Below, piece by piece: positions 1 through 7,956 of a DNA stretch of 64,000 nt; the stretch's first letter is position 1; each line of letters begins with the position of its first letter. The translations under genes and the position numbers were made by a program. This DNA comes from Actinomycetes bacterium. Its GTDB lineage: Bacteria > Actinomycetota > Actinomycetes > S36-B12. The notes under the pieces were generated by a model that was not told the origin of the DNA, made no database searches, and worked only from the letters and a program-made list of their open reading frames with translations. The stretch is from the NCBI GenBank assembly GCA_965278945.1, contig OZ257128.1:1261982-1325981 (forward strand), read 5' to 3'.

Positions 1-294
1 CAGTGATCCGGCAAAGACGCCTCCGCGGACCCCGTGCATCAGCCAGCCGATGTAGGTCGCCAGTTGCTGCGCTTCCGGACCTGGCAGCACCATGCAGTAG
101 TTCAATGCATGGAGGAATCGCCCTTCGCTGACCCATCGGCGTCGTTCGACTACTTCGCGATGCATGACCGCGATCTGTCCGGCCGGTCCGCCGAAGCTGT
201 TGATGCCGATGTAGCCCCACACGCGAACTGCCTCGCGCATCGTGACGCCGTGCTGACGCGCGACAGGTGTCGCGTCCGGGATCTGCTCGCTCAT
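1..294 (-). CDS. chrA: chromate transporter ChrA, N-terminal fragment (gene continues beyond window start)
   Basis: Own translation of the minus strand from ATG at 294-292: [88 protein letters not shown]... This fits the CHR-family N-terminal signature (FGGPxGQI ... LPGPxxxQL). ATGA overlap with the upstream ORF stop at 291-294. Absent from the ORF track because it has no in-window stop. Confidence 0.8.
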   Translation of the reverse strand, partial: MSEQIPDATPVARQHGVTMREAVRVWGYIGINSFGGPAGQIAVMHREVVERRRWVSEGRFLHALNYCMVLPGPEAQQLATYIGWLMHGVRGGVFAGSL

Positions 295-722
295 TCGGGA
301 TCTCGCCCGGCTAGAAGTTCCTGACGTCGAGACTCATACAGTCCATCGAAGATGACCCCGGTGATCGCGAGGACGGTGTCGTCGTCGGCTACCAGCGATA
401 GGCCCCGGCACACGACGTCGAGCCCGATAGCCTCCGGTGCGTCGAAGCGCTCATCGGCGAGATCGGCTTCGTGGACGATCCGGGCGAGGTCCCACAGCAC
501 TGGATCGGAGAGCTCGTAGCGGCGCAGGATAGTCTCGAAGCTGCAGTCGCCGGCATGGTGCGAGAGTTCCGCGCCGCGCATATCGAATGCCGTGGCGTCA
601 CTCGGCACCTCGTCCGGATCCTGCACGAATACGAAGGTTGCTTCGTCGTCAATGAACCGACGTATCAGCCATGCGCACGCCGCTCTGTCGACGTGGATGT
701 GGGCGCGGGTTGACCACCTCAT
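291..722 (-). CDS. chrB: ChrB C-terminal-domain protein (chromate resistance regulator/accessory)
   Basis: 143-aa ORF beginning [33 protein letters not shown], typical of the ChrB_C domain. Translationally coupled to chrA (ATGA at 291-294) and to the upstream ORF (overlap 719-722). Confidence 0.75.
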   Translation of the reverse strand: MRWSTRAHIHVDRAACAWLIRRFIDDEATFVFVQDPDEVPSDATAFDMRGAELSHHAGDCSFETILRRYELSDPVLWDLARIVHEADLADERFDAPEAIGLDVVCRGLSLVADDDTVLAITGVIFDGLYESRRQELLAGRDPE

Positions 723-1192
723 GCGGTGACCTCGGCGACAGTCTTGAGGTCGGCGATCGCCTGGCGCGCGCGGTCTCGCTCGTCAGTTGAGAAATAGTCG
801 CGCTGAGCGATGCGTGCCAGTTGCCGGGATAGGCGGTCGCACGTCCGCCGCCTGCTCGCTGTTCCTTCGTTCTGCGCATCGCCTGCCTCTTGGATCAGCT
901 GCTCGTACTCGGTCACGATTGCCGAGATCATCCGGGTCGTCAGCGATCTCTCGTCAGCGGCCGTACCCATGTGGCCGATCCAGATGGATGCTTCTCCCGC
1001 TGCGTGCGCAATCTCGTCAGCGATCCAATCGAAGTTCTCGCGGTTGCGCGGGCTCAAGGGAAGCGCGACGAGCCCGTCGACAATCTGCGCGGCGCCGAGG
1101 CGTCTCAGTTTGCGCCAGACCGCAATCCTGGGAGAGGACGGCTCCCGGGGCATGCGATAGGCGAGTAGTACCCATTCACGACGGTTCGACAT
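719..1192 (-). CDS. ChrB N-terminal-domain protein
   Basis: ORF 719..1228. Likely start is ATG 1192 (MSNRREWVLLAYRMPREPSSPRIAVWRKLRRLGA...), the pattern of the ChrB N-terminal domain. First gene of the split chrB-chrB-chrA operon. Confidence 0.65.
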   Translation of the reverse strand: MSNRREWVLLAYRMPREPSSPRIAVWRKLRRLGAAQIVDGLVALPLSPRNRENFDWIADEIAHAAGEASIWIGHMGTAADERSLTTRMISAIVTEYEQLIQEAGDAQNEGTASRRRTCDRLSRQLARIAQRDYFSTDERDRARQAIADLKTVAEVTA

Positions 1193-1787
1193 CGCTCGCA
1201 GGGTATTCAAACTAACTCGAATCTGCAACCACGGTTACATCCCTGATCGTCAGATGTCCGTCACTTCCAGGATCGCCTCGTGTCCCGGTGCCGCCGAGTC
1301 TGCGAATCCGGCAGAAATGACCCCAGCAGTAGGAGAAGCCCGTTCGCGCAACTTCGGTGCCTGCCAGTAACTTTCACGACTGCCCTAGTTGGTGAAATTT
1401 GCGCGTCACCGAAGGGCTCATCGCGTTGTGAAGGTATGGCGGTTGATCCGGGCGGGACAGCGTGCGTGGTCACAACGGTGCGCACGACGGGCTGGGCAGC
1501 CCGAAACTTGCGAGGCACTGAGGGGTCCACGTCGTTGAGAAAGCAGGAGGTACGAAGGGAGAGCACTGTGGCTCGTTCACTGGCAGTGTCTCGCGGTCAC
1601 AGGGGTAGGAGTCCCGATCGCGCCGTCGGGGATTGCCGGGACGCTGAAGCGAGCTCGCGCTCATGATCGACATCGTTATCCACAGGCGGGACGGCATGGT
1701 GGTTCGCTATCCACCGACTTGCGATTCGGCCTGCCGGTATTCGGCGAGACCTCAGAATGGTTGGGGCCGTCTGCGCGGGTACAAGTC

Positions 1788-2081
1788 ATGACCACTCTCC
1801 ACACAACCCTCGCTGGGGTCGGCGACGAGCTGCTCACCGTTGCGGAAGCTGCGAGAGTCGTGAAGAAGACACCGCAAACAGTGCGAGGGTGGATTCACCA
1901 GGGCCGAATCCCGTACGAGGTCACCCCCAGCGGGCAGTATTTGGTCTGGCGCTCGTGTCTCCTGCAGTCACGACCCAGCCAAGCGACCAACCTGCCTGCG
2001 CAGACATGGCAGCAGGAGATGGCCGACCGTCGAGCAGCGGCGCGAGCTTCTGCAAGGGCCGACGTTCAAGGCGTCGCCTAG
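1788..2081 (+). CDS. excisionase-family helix-turn-helix DNA-binding protein
   Basis: ORF 1719..2081. Internal ATG 1788 gives MTTLHTTLAGVGDELLTVAEAARVVKKTPQTVRGWIHQGRIPYEV, the excisionase/MerR-type HTH pattern (LTVxEAAxxL...TVxxWIxxGxIP). Lies directly upstream of an integrase. Confidence 0.6.
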   Translation: MTTLHTTLAGVGDELLTVAEAARVVKKTPQTVRGWIHQGRIPYEVTPSGQYLVWRSCLLQSRPSQATNLPAQTWQQEMADRRAAARASARADVQGVA

Positions 2082-2139
2082 TGGTAGCGGAGAACGACGG
2101 CCCTCGGCCGGCTAAACAGGGGAGCTGGAGGACACAACG

Positions 2140-3468
2140 ATGACCCGGACATCGCGTGCAGGAAGTCGCCCTCAACCCGCACTCAGGGCAGGCGTCCAGG
2201 TGGTGAACGACGTCGGACTTCTTGGTTGGCGTATCCGCGTGTGGGACCACAAGGCGCACAAGCGCGTCGAGCGATGGGTGTATGGCGACGAGGCCGAAGC
2301 AGTCGTCGCGCTGACCCTGCTACAGAAGGAGATCGATGACAAGGTCTCCGCCACCACGAAGCCACCGTCAACGGTCGGCGAGCTCGCGAACGCCTACCTC
2401 GGGTGGTATCAGTACCGGGAGCCACCCACCGTGAAGAACCCGCGTGGCAAGAAGCGACCGTTCCCGACGTTCGAGAAGGAGAACAACATCGTCGCGCTCT
2501 ATGTGCTTCCCGCACTAGGGCCTGCCACCAAGATTCGGGCGGTCAGTCACACGACGTGCGTCACCTCGATCACCGATCTCGAACTGAAAGACGGCTCACC
2601 GGCGTCTGGCAGCACAAAGGAGACCGCCGCATCGACCATGAAGAAGATGTTCAAGTACGCGGTGTTGCAAGGGTGGTTGACCGCGAATCCCGCGGCAGCC
2701 GTGCCCGCTGTCTGGTCTGACGGAGCGCGCAAACGAGTGGCGATCCCCAGCATGCTTCAGGCCGAACGGATCGCGCGGATTCTCGACGGCTATGGGCCGC
2801 TGCCCACTGGCGTGAAGAGTGCGCTCGCTGAGGGAAGGATGACTCGCGAGAACCTACGACTCGGCGTCTACGGGGATGTGCTTCGAGTCATCGCACTTAC
2901 GGGCCTGAGGATCAGCGAGATCACCGGCCTGACGGTCGACAAGGTCGATCTGGAGAACCGGACAATCACGGTCAACTGGAGGATCACCGAATCCGGTGGT
3001 CAACGAACTGCAGGGGCCACGATGAAGACCTCGGCGGGTGATCGAAACGTCGTAATTATTGATCAGGCGATCGAGCCCCTGGAGCGGCTCCTGGCACGAG
3101 CGAAGCTACTGAAGATCAGCTACCTGGTCGGCGGTCCCGGTGGCGGACCCATGAGCTATCGCACATGGCGAAAGAACCTGAAGAACGCGCGCGCGATTTA
3201 CCCGAAGTTACACGGGGGAGCGGCGGACTACTCGGCCCATGCCTATCGGCACCTCTGCGCGTCCCTCATGATCGCTGCGCACGTCGACATAGAGACGGTG
3301 CGCAACCAGATGGGCCATTCGACGGTCGCCGTCACCCAGAAGGTCTACCGCCACTCCCTGAACCTGAATCAAAAGCAGCTAGCCGCGCGGCTGTCAGCGG
3401 AGATCACTCGACTGCACGCGGAGGCGACCGGACTCCAGGATCAGGAACTGACTGAGGACGTGGCCTAG
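2140..3468 (+). CDS. tyrosine-type site-specific integrase
   Basis: 442-aa ORF. C-terminal catalytic region ...LTGLRISEITGL...HAYRHLCASLMIAAHVDIETVRNQMGHSTVAVTQKVYRH (R..HxxR..Y motif set). Ends 131 bp from the 3' end of tRNA-Val(GAC). True start is uncertain. Confidence 0.85.
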   Translation: MTRTSRAGSRPQPALRAGVQVVNDVGLLGWRIRVWDHKAHKRVERWVYGDEAEAVVALTLLQKEIDDKVSATTKPPSTVGELANAYLGWYQYREPPTVKNPRGKKRPFPTFEKENNIVALYVLPALGPATKIRAVSHTTCVTSITDLELKDGSPASGSTKETAASTMKKMFKYAVLQGWLTANPAAAVPAVWSDGARKRVAIPSMLQAERIARILDGYGPLPTGVKSALAEGRMTRENLRLGVYGDVLRVIALTGLRISEITGLTVDKVDLENRTITVNWRITESGGQRTAGATMKTSAGDRNVVIIDQAIEPLERLLARAKLLKISYLVGGPGGGPMSYRTWRKNLKNARAIYPKLHGGAADYSAHAYRHLCASLMIAAHVDIETVRNQMGHSTVAVTQKVYRHSLNLNQKQLAARLSAEITRLHAEATGLQDQELTEDVA

Positions 3469-3599
3469 TGATGAATAACGCTTCATCTGCGGTTGCCCCC
3501 AACAGGTTGTGGGGGCAACTGTGGGGGCAGGAGTCCTCTTCCGTGAGTCAGACTTCGGAGCGAGATAGGAAACCCGTTGCGTTGCTGAGGGTTCTGGAG

Positions 3600-3672
3600 T
3601 GGGCGATACAGGAATCGAACCTGTGACCTCTTCCGTGTCAAGGAAGCGCGCTAGCCCCTGCGCCAATCGCCC
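3600..3672 (-). tRNA. tRNA-Val (anticodon GAC)
   Basis: Hand-folded cloverleaf on the minus strand: GGGCGAT TG GCGC AGGGGCTA GCGC G CTTCC TTGACAC GGAAG AGGTC ACAGG TTCGATT CCTGT ATCGCCC A. 73 nt, CCA not encoded. Confidence 0.9.
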
Positions 3673-3742
3673 TGCTGTGTTGCTGTGTGCTGACCTGCGG
3701 TGCTGCTGTGAAGCCTGCGCAACCTTACACGGTTCCCCCACC

Positions 3743-3807
3743 CCGCCGACCTTGAGGTTGGCGTGGGTTTGCACGCGCGATTCCCACGCCAACCTCAAGG
3801 TCGGCGG
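3743..3807. terminator. perfect 25-bp inverted repeat with 15-nt loop, probable bidirectional terminator
   Basis: CCGCCGACCTTGAGGTTGGCGTGGG (3743-3767) and its exact reverse complement (3783-3807). Starts 3 nt after the DUF5302 stop and lies upstream (5' side) of tRNA-Val(GAC). No clear U-tract. Confidence 0.65.
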
Positions 3808-3809
3808 GA

Positions 3810-4022
3810 TTAGCCGCCGCTCTTGCGGCGGAACTCGCGCTTGCCGCCGGAGCGGCTGGAGTGGTCCTTGACGGGGCCGCCGCCGCCCGGCTCGTGCGAC
3901 ACGCTGCCGCTGCCTGACTTGCCCTTCTTGGCATCAAGCGCCGCCTTGAACTTCGCGCGCTGGTCCTCGGCCTCGGCAGCAGTGGGCGATGGGGTTTCGG
4001 GATTCTTCGGTGCAGTGGACAT
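3810..4022 (-). CDS. DUF5302-family small conserved actinobacterial protein
   Basis: ORF 3810..4046. Likely start ATG 4022: MSTAPKNPETPSPTAAEAEDQRAKFKAALDAKKGKSGSGSVSHEPGGGGPVKDHSSRSGGKREFRRKSGG. The KFxxALxxKxG ... REFRRKSGG ending is characteristic. Confidence 0.7.
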   Translation of the reverse strand: MSTAPKNPETPSPTAAEAEDQRAKFKAALDAKKGKSGSGSVSHEPGGGGPVKDHSSRSGGKREFRRKSGG

Positions 4023-4079
4023 GGGTTGATTCTGGCACCAATGCATTCACGTCATCACACGGCGCACGCCGGTGGATCG

Positions 4080-4150
4080 AGGTGGAGACGGGATTTGAAC
4101 CCGTGTACACGGCTTTGCAGGCCGTTGCCTCGCCTCTCGGCCACTCCACC
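4080..4150 (-). tRNA. tRNA-Cys (anticodon GCA)
   Basis: Minus strand GGTGGAGTGGCCGAGAGGCGAGGCAACGGCCTGCAAAGCCGTGTACACGGGTTCAAATCCCGTCTCCACC+T. Anticodon arm ACGGC CTGCAAA GCCGT. 71 nt. Confidence 0.9.
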
Positions 4151-4189
4151 AGGGCGCCTCGCGGACCAGATAGTCCACCTGCGTTTCCG

Positions 4190-4262
4190 AGCGGACGACG
4201 GGATTCGAACCCGCGACCCTCACCTTGGCAAGGTGATGCGCTACCAGCTGCGCTACGTCCGC
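4190..4262 (-). tRNA. tRNA-Gly (anticodon GCC)
   Basis: Minus strand GCGGACG TA GCGC AGCTGGTA GCGC A TCACC TTGCCAA GGTGA GGGTC GCGGG TTCGAAT CCCGT CGTCCGC T. 73 nt. Confidence 0.9.
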
Positions 4263-4360
4263 ACGATCTTGCGATCGAATGAGAACCTTAGCCGACGTGA
4301 CTGCGGCCGAGCCACTCAGGGCAGCATGCCCACGCGGCCAAGTCACGTACCCGCAATGAT

Positions 4361-5407
4361 GTGCCCGTGGTCCTATCGGCAGCGGCGAGCACCGGCGGAT
4401 GGTGGGCCAACGACCTGCTCGAGGTGACATCCGACCTGTCGAAACTCGATTCCTCAGGTCGCTGGGTGGTCGCGATTCCCTATGACGGCGAGCCTGTTCT
4501 CGCACGCTTCGGCGACTGGTCAAGGACGCCCCCAGTGCAGCCTTCGGGATCGTGGCACGGACCCGCGCGCGATTCTTGGATCACCTCCCTGGACGAGAGT
4601 GCGTATCGCGCAGCAGTGGAGAGCATTCGCTCGTCGATCGCGCTCGGCGACGTGTATCAAGCCAACATCTGCCGCGTCCTGTCCGCGCCCTTGCCAATCG
4701 GGACCACCGCAGATGTCGGTGCCCTTGCCGACGTCCTGGCGACTGGCAATCCGTCTCCGTACGGCGGTTTCCTGCGCCTGCCCGACCATGATGTCCACCT
4801 TGCCTCGGCGAGCCCTGAGCTGTTCTTGTCGCTCAGTTCGGATAAGGGCCATCGACTCGTCACGTCGGGACCGATCAAGGGCACCGGGCGCGTGCGGGAG
4901 GACCTGACCGAGAAGGACGCTGCGGAGAACGTGATGATCGTCGATCTCGTGCGCAACGACCTGTCGATCGTCAGCGAGGCTGGGTCCGTGAGCGTCCCCT
5001 CCCTCCTTGAGGTGCAGGAGCATCCGGGCCTGGTGCACCTCGTGTCCTACGTCGAGGGGCATCTACGGCCCGACGTCCGGTGGGCAGAACTCATCGCTGC
5101 AGCCTTCCCGCCCGGATCGGTCACCGGAGCACCGAAGATCGCCGCGGTGGGGCTCATCTCCGAACTCGAGCCGGTCAGCCGCTCGTACTACTGCGGTGCT
5201 TTCGGATGGGTCGATGCGGACACTGGTTCGGCGGAGCTCGCCGTGACGATCCGCACGTTCTGGATCAGCGACGGGACCTTGCACTTCGGGACGGGTGCGG
5301 GCATCACCTGGGGGTCTGACGCAGCAGCGGAGTGGCGCGAGACCGAACTGAAGGCTGAGCGACTGATCGAGGTCGCCAGCGACGCATGGCACACTGTCGC
5401 CCCATGA
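4361..5407 (+). CDS. pabB: aminodeoxychorismate synthase component I (chorismate-binding enzyme)
   Basis: 348-aa ORF with chorismate-binding motifs (GDVYQANICRV..., PPGSVTGAPKIAA..., SYYCGAFGWVD). ATGA-coupled to a class IV aminotransferase. Start is uncertain. Confidence 0.75.
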   Translation: MPVVLSAAASTGGWWANDLLEVTSDLSKLDSSGRWVVAIPYDGEPVLARFGDWSRTPPVQPSGSWHGPARDSWITSLDESAYRAAVESIRSSIALGDVYQANICRVLSAPLPIGTTADVGALADVLATGNPSPYGGFLRLPDHDVHLASASPELFLSLSSDKGHRLVTSGPIKGTGRVREDLTEKDAAENVMIVDLVRNDLSIVSEAGSVSVPSLLEVQEHPGLVHLVSYVEGHLRPDVRWAELIAAAFPPGSVTGAPKIAAVGLISELEPVSRSYYCGAFGWVDADTGSAELAVTIRTFWISDGTLHFGTGAGITWGSDAAAEWRETELKAERLIEVASDAWHTVAP

Positions 5408-6243
5408 AGTTCTGGGTGGGAACAGGCGAAGATGGCGACCTCGTAGACGAGGCACAGGCGAAGGTCAGCGTCCTGGACCATGGCTTCACCGTCGGCGACG
5501 GCATCTTCGAGACTCTCAAGGTCACCTGGGAGGGCGCTTTCGCCGTCTCTCGACACATCACCAGACTCGGCGTCTCGGCGAACGCGATGGGCCTCGCGGA
5601 GCCCGATGCCGACATCGTCCGGATTGCCGTTGACGAGGTTCTCGCGGCAAACGCAGGGGAGTTCGGGAACCTCGGCCGCCTGCGGATCACCTACACGGGC
5701 GGTATCGCCAAGTACGGCAGCGAACGCGGCGACGCGGTGCCTACTCTCGTCGTTGGGCTCACGGCTGCCACTGCCTGGCCGGACACCGAGGAGCTGGTCA
5801 CCGTGCCATGGACCCGCAACCCGGACTCCGCGATTGCCGGGGTGAAGACCACCTCGTATGGCGAGAACGTCGTCGCCTTCAACTACGCGCACGAGCGCGG
5901 TGCTGGCGAGGGACTCCTTGCCAACACCCGAGGCGAACTATGCGAGGGAACGGCGTCGAACGTGTTCGTCGTGGTCGACGGCCGGGTGCTGACGCCGCCC
6001 CTGTCGAGCGGCTGCCTGGCCGGCATTACTCGCGGCCTGGTGATGGAGTGGTTCGGAGCCGAGGAACGGGCGATGCCGATCGAGGTGCTGAATGAGGCCG
6101 ACGAGATCTTCGTGACCTCGGCAACCCGATCGGTTCATCCCGTCGTGCGGGTCGACGATCGGACCTGGAGCATTCCCGGACCGATCAGTCGCGACCTGCG
6201 CGCCGCTTTCGACGCGCAGGTCGCGAAAGACATCGACCCCTGA
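5404..6243 (+). CDS. pabC: class IV aminotransferase, aminodeoxychorismate lyase-like
   Basis: ORF 5386..6243. ATG 5404 overlaps the pabB stop (ATGA 5404-5407). Sequence VSVLDHGFTVGDGIFETL ... NVF fits fold-type IV PLP enzymes. Confidence 0.7.
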   Translation: MKFWVGTGEDGDLVDEAQAKVSVLDHGFTVGDGIFETLKVTWEGAFAVSRHITRLGVSANAMGLAEPDADIVRIAVDEVLAANAGEFGNLGRLRITYTGGIAKYGSERGDAVPTLVVGLTAATAWPDTEELVTVPWTRNPDSAIAGVKTTSYGENVVAFNYAHERGAGEGLLANTRGELCEGTASNVFVVVDGRVLTPPLSSGCLAGITRGLVMEWFGAEERAMPIEVLNEADEIFVTSATRSVHPVVRVDDRTWSIPGPISRDLRAAFDAQVAKDIDP

Positions 6244-6256
6244 TCCTGCTGCTTGC

Positions 6257-7840
6257 CTAGCGGACGCGGTACGTCCTGTTGATCACCATGCGGTTCCACT
6301 GTCCGGCAACCGCGGGAGCAACTGCGCGAACGTTGCAGTTCCCATTGCGAACTCCGCGAAGGCGAACATTGCCGTTGTTCGGGAACACCAGACGGCAGTT
6401 GCCTGCACCACTCGTGATCCGCCAGGAGATGTCCTGGCCGGCATTGGTCACGTTGTTGCGGCTATTGATCAGCGTGACGGTGCTGCCGCGGTTGACTCGA
6501 CCCGATGCGCGCGGTGCAGCGAGCGGAGCCTGGGTGCCGGGCGCGAGGTTGATCGTGTAGATCGCTGTCGCGGGACCGTAGCCGTTGCCGCCCCTGCTGC
6601 TCGCCGTGAGCCGGCACTGGCCGGTGCCCGCGTCGACTACGAGCGTCGCACCGCTGAGGTTGCAGGGACCGGAATCGGCCAGCGATACCGGGGAGCCCGA
6701 CGCGGTGGATGTCACGAACGTGACCGACGTTCCGTTGGGCAGCGTGTAGAGGCCGACGGGCGACCATGCACCCTGGCCCTGCGGCGCCAGCGAGATGACG
6801 TCGCTCTGCTGGGGAGCGGTACCGACGGCGAGGTTGTCCTGCGCCGTGCCGGTGAGGCCTCCGTTGCCGACCCATCGAACGGCGAGGGTGTAGTTGCCCG
6901 GTGCGGGCGGCGTCCACGTTGCCTGCGCCTGGCCGTTGGCCTGGACCGGCACGTTGGTCGCGAGGATCGCGCCGTTGATGGTGAACGTCACAACACCACT
7001 TGGCGGCACCACGCTCACGACTGCGGTGAGAGTCGACGGCACGCCGGTGGAGAAGCCCGGCGGGTTGGCGATGAACACGTTGACGCCGGTGCTCGTGACC
7101 TGCACCTGGTCGGGCGCGCTGGTGCAGCTCGTCTGGCACGTCGTGTTGATGACGCCGTTGACGGTCGCGGGCGTGTACGTCGCGATGAGATTGACCGTAC
7201 CGAGGACCGACGGGACCCACTGGATCTGCGCTGTCGACGGCACCGCGTTGTTCAGCGGAACCGGGCTGCCGATGTTGCCGCCGCCGAGGACCCCGAACTG
7301 GATGAAGCCCTGAGGTGAGGCCTGGCTGCCGCTGTTCGCGGTCACTGACGCGGTGAGCATCGTGGGCTGTCCGATAGCCACCGTGTTGGCGGCAGTGATG
7401 CGGGTCGTGGTGGGCACCGGAGCGATCGCCGACCTGATGGCGTTCGAAGCGGTGCCGTTCATGTCGGCGGAGATGTACAAGGCGACGGCCGAGGTAGGCA
7501 CCCACTGGAAGGTGTACTGGAAGGCGTTGCCGACGCACTGGGCGAACGTCGCCGTGCCGATCGTCTGCGTGGATCCGGTCGTGCTGCCGAGGATGGTCAC
7601 GGCGGGCGGAAGGATCGGGCCACATGCTCCGCCGTCGACTGCGGCTGTGATCGAAAGGTACTGCGGCACACCCACCAGTCCGTTGGTCTGCACTCCAGCA
7701 AGGGTGATCGTGGTCGCGGCCGAGGCGGGAGCCGCAGCAATCACCCCGACGGAGCCGAACGCAACAAGCGACATGACGGCGACGGTTGCCATGAAGCCAG
7801 ACGCGGCTCGGCTCCGTCGAGTTCTTGTAACAGACATCAA
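6257..7840 (-). CDS. secreted Ig-like-repeat protein, paralogue 1 (no Lys, Glu or His)
   Basis: 527-codon ORF. Signal peptide (RTRRSRAAS...AAAPASA|AT), repeated T/S/V/A-rich beta modules resembling bacterial Ig-like (Big_3-type) domains, paired Cys. Codon at 7840 is TTG; ATG at 7837 has SD GGAAGG 7 nt upstream. Confidence 0.7.
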   Translation of the reverse strand: MMSVTRTRRSRAASGFMATVAVMSLVAFGSVGVIAAAPASAATTITLAGVQTNGLVGVPQYLSITAAVDGGACGPILPPAVTILGSTTGSTQTIGTATFAQCVGNAFQYTFQWVPTSAVALYISADMNGTASNAIRSAIAPVPTTTRITAANTVAIGQPTMLTASVTANSGSQASPQGFIQFGVLGGGNIGSPVPLNNAVPSTAQIQWVPSVLGTVNLIATYTPATVNGVINTTCQTSCTSAPDQVQVTSTGVNVFIANPPGFSTGVPSTLTAVVSVVPPSGVVTFTINGAILATNVPVQANGQAQATWTPPAPGNYTLAVRWVGNGGLTGTAQDNLAVGTAPQQSDVISLAPQGQGAWSPVGLYTLPNGTSVTFVTSTASGSPVSLADSGPCNLSGATLVVDAGTGQCRLTASSRGGNGYGPATAIYTINLAPGTQAPLAAPRASGRVNRGSTVTLINSRNNVTNAGQDISWRITSGAGNCRLVFPNNGNVRLRGVRNGNCNVRAVAPAVAGQWNRMVINRTYRVR

Positions 7841-7903
7841 TGTGCCTTCCAGATAGACGATGACTTGACGCTAGTCCACGTTCGCGTCGTTCGGAAGGAC
7901 ATG

Positions 7904-7939
7904 AGTGAGGGCCCCCGGTCGTGTCCGAGGGCCCTCACT
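7904..7939 (-). terminator. 11-bp perfect-stem hairpin after paralogue 2
   Basis: AGTGAGGGCCC (7904-7914) pairs with GGGCCCTCACT (7929-7939), 14-nt loop, 17 nt downstream of the stop at 7957. No U-tract (I-shaped type common in high-GC genomes). Confidence 0.5.
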
Positions 7940-7956
7940 GAATGTTCTCGTTCTGG

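Noticed and set aside
34-324. 96-aa + strand ORF at the window start
   Set aside because: It is antisense to the clearly ChrA-like minus-strand reading frame.
1229-1787. ORFs 1280..1666 (+), 1261..1566 (-) and 1470..1697 (-) in the gap between chrB and the excisionase gene
   Set aside because: Arg/Ser/Cys-rich improbable proteins with no RBS. The region is better treated as non-coding island DNA whose function is unknown.
3492-3532. Hairpin GTTGCCCCCA / TGGGGGCAAC after the first integrase, with a tandem TGTGGGGGCA repeat; considered as an att core
   Set aside because: There is no second copy elsewhere in the window and no overlap with the tRNA. It is probably just the integrase terminator.
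3394-4523. ORFs 3394..3798, 3934..4149 and 4047..4523 overlapping the tRNA cluster
   Set aside because: They run through three hand-folded tRNA genes and a 25-bp palindrome. No coding features.
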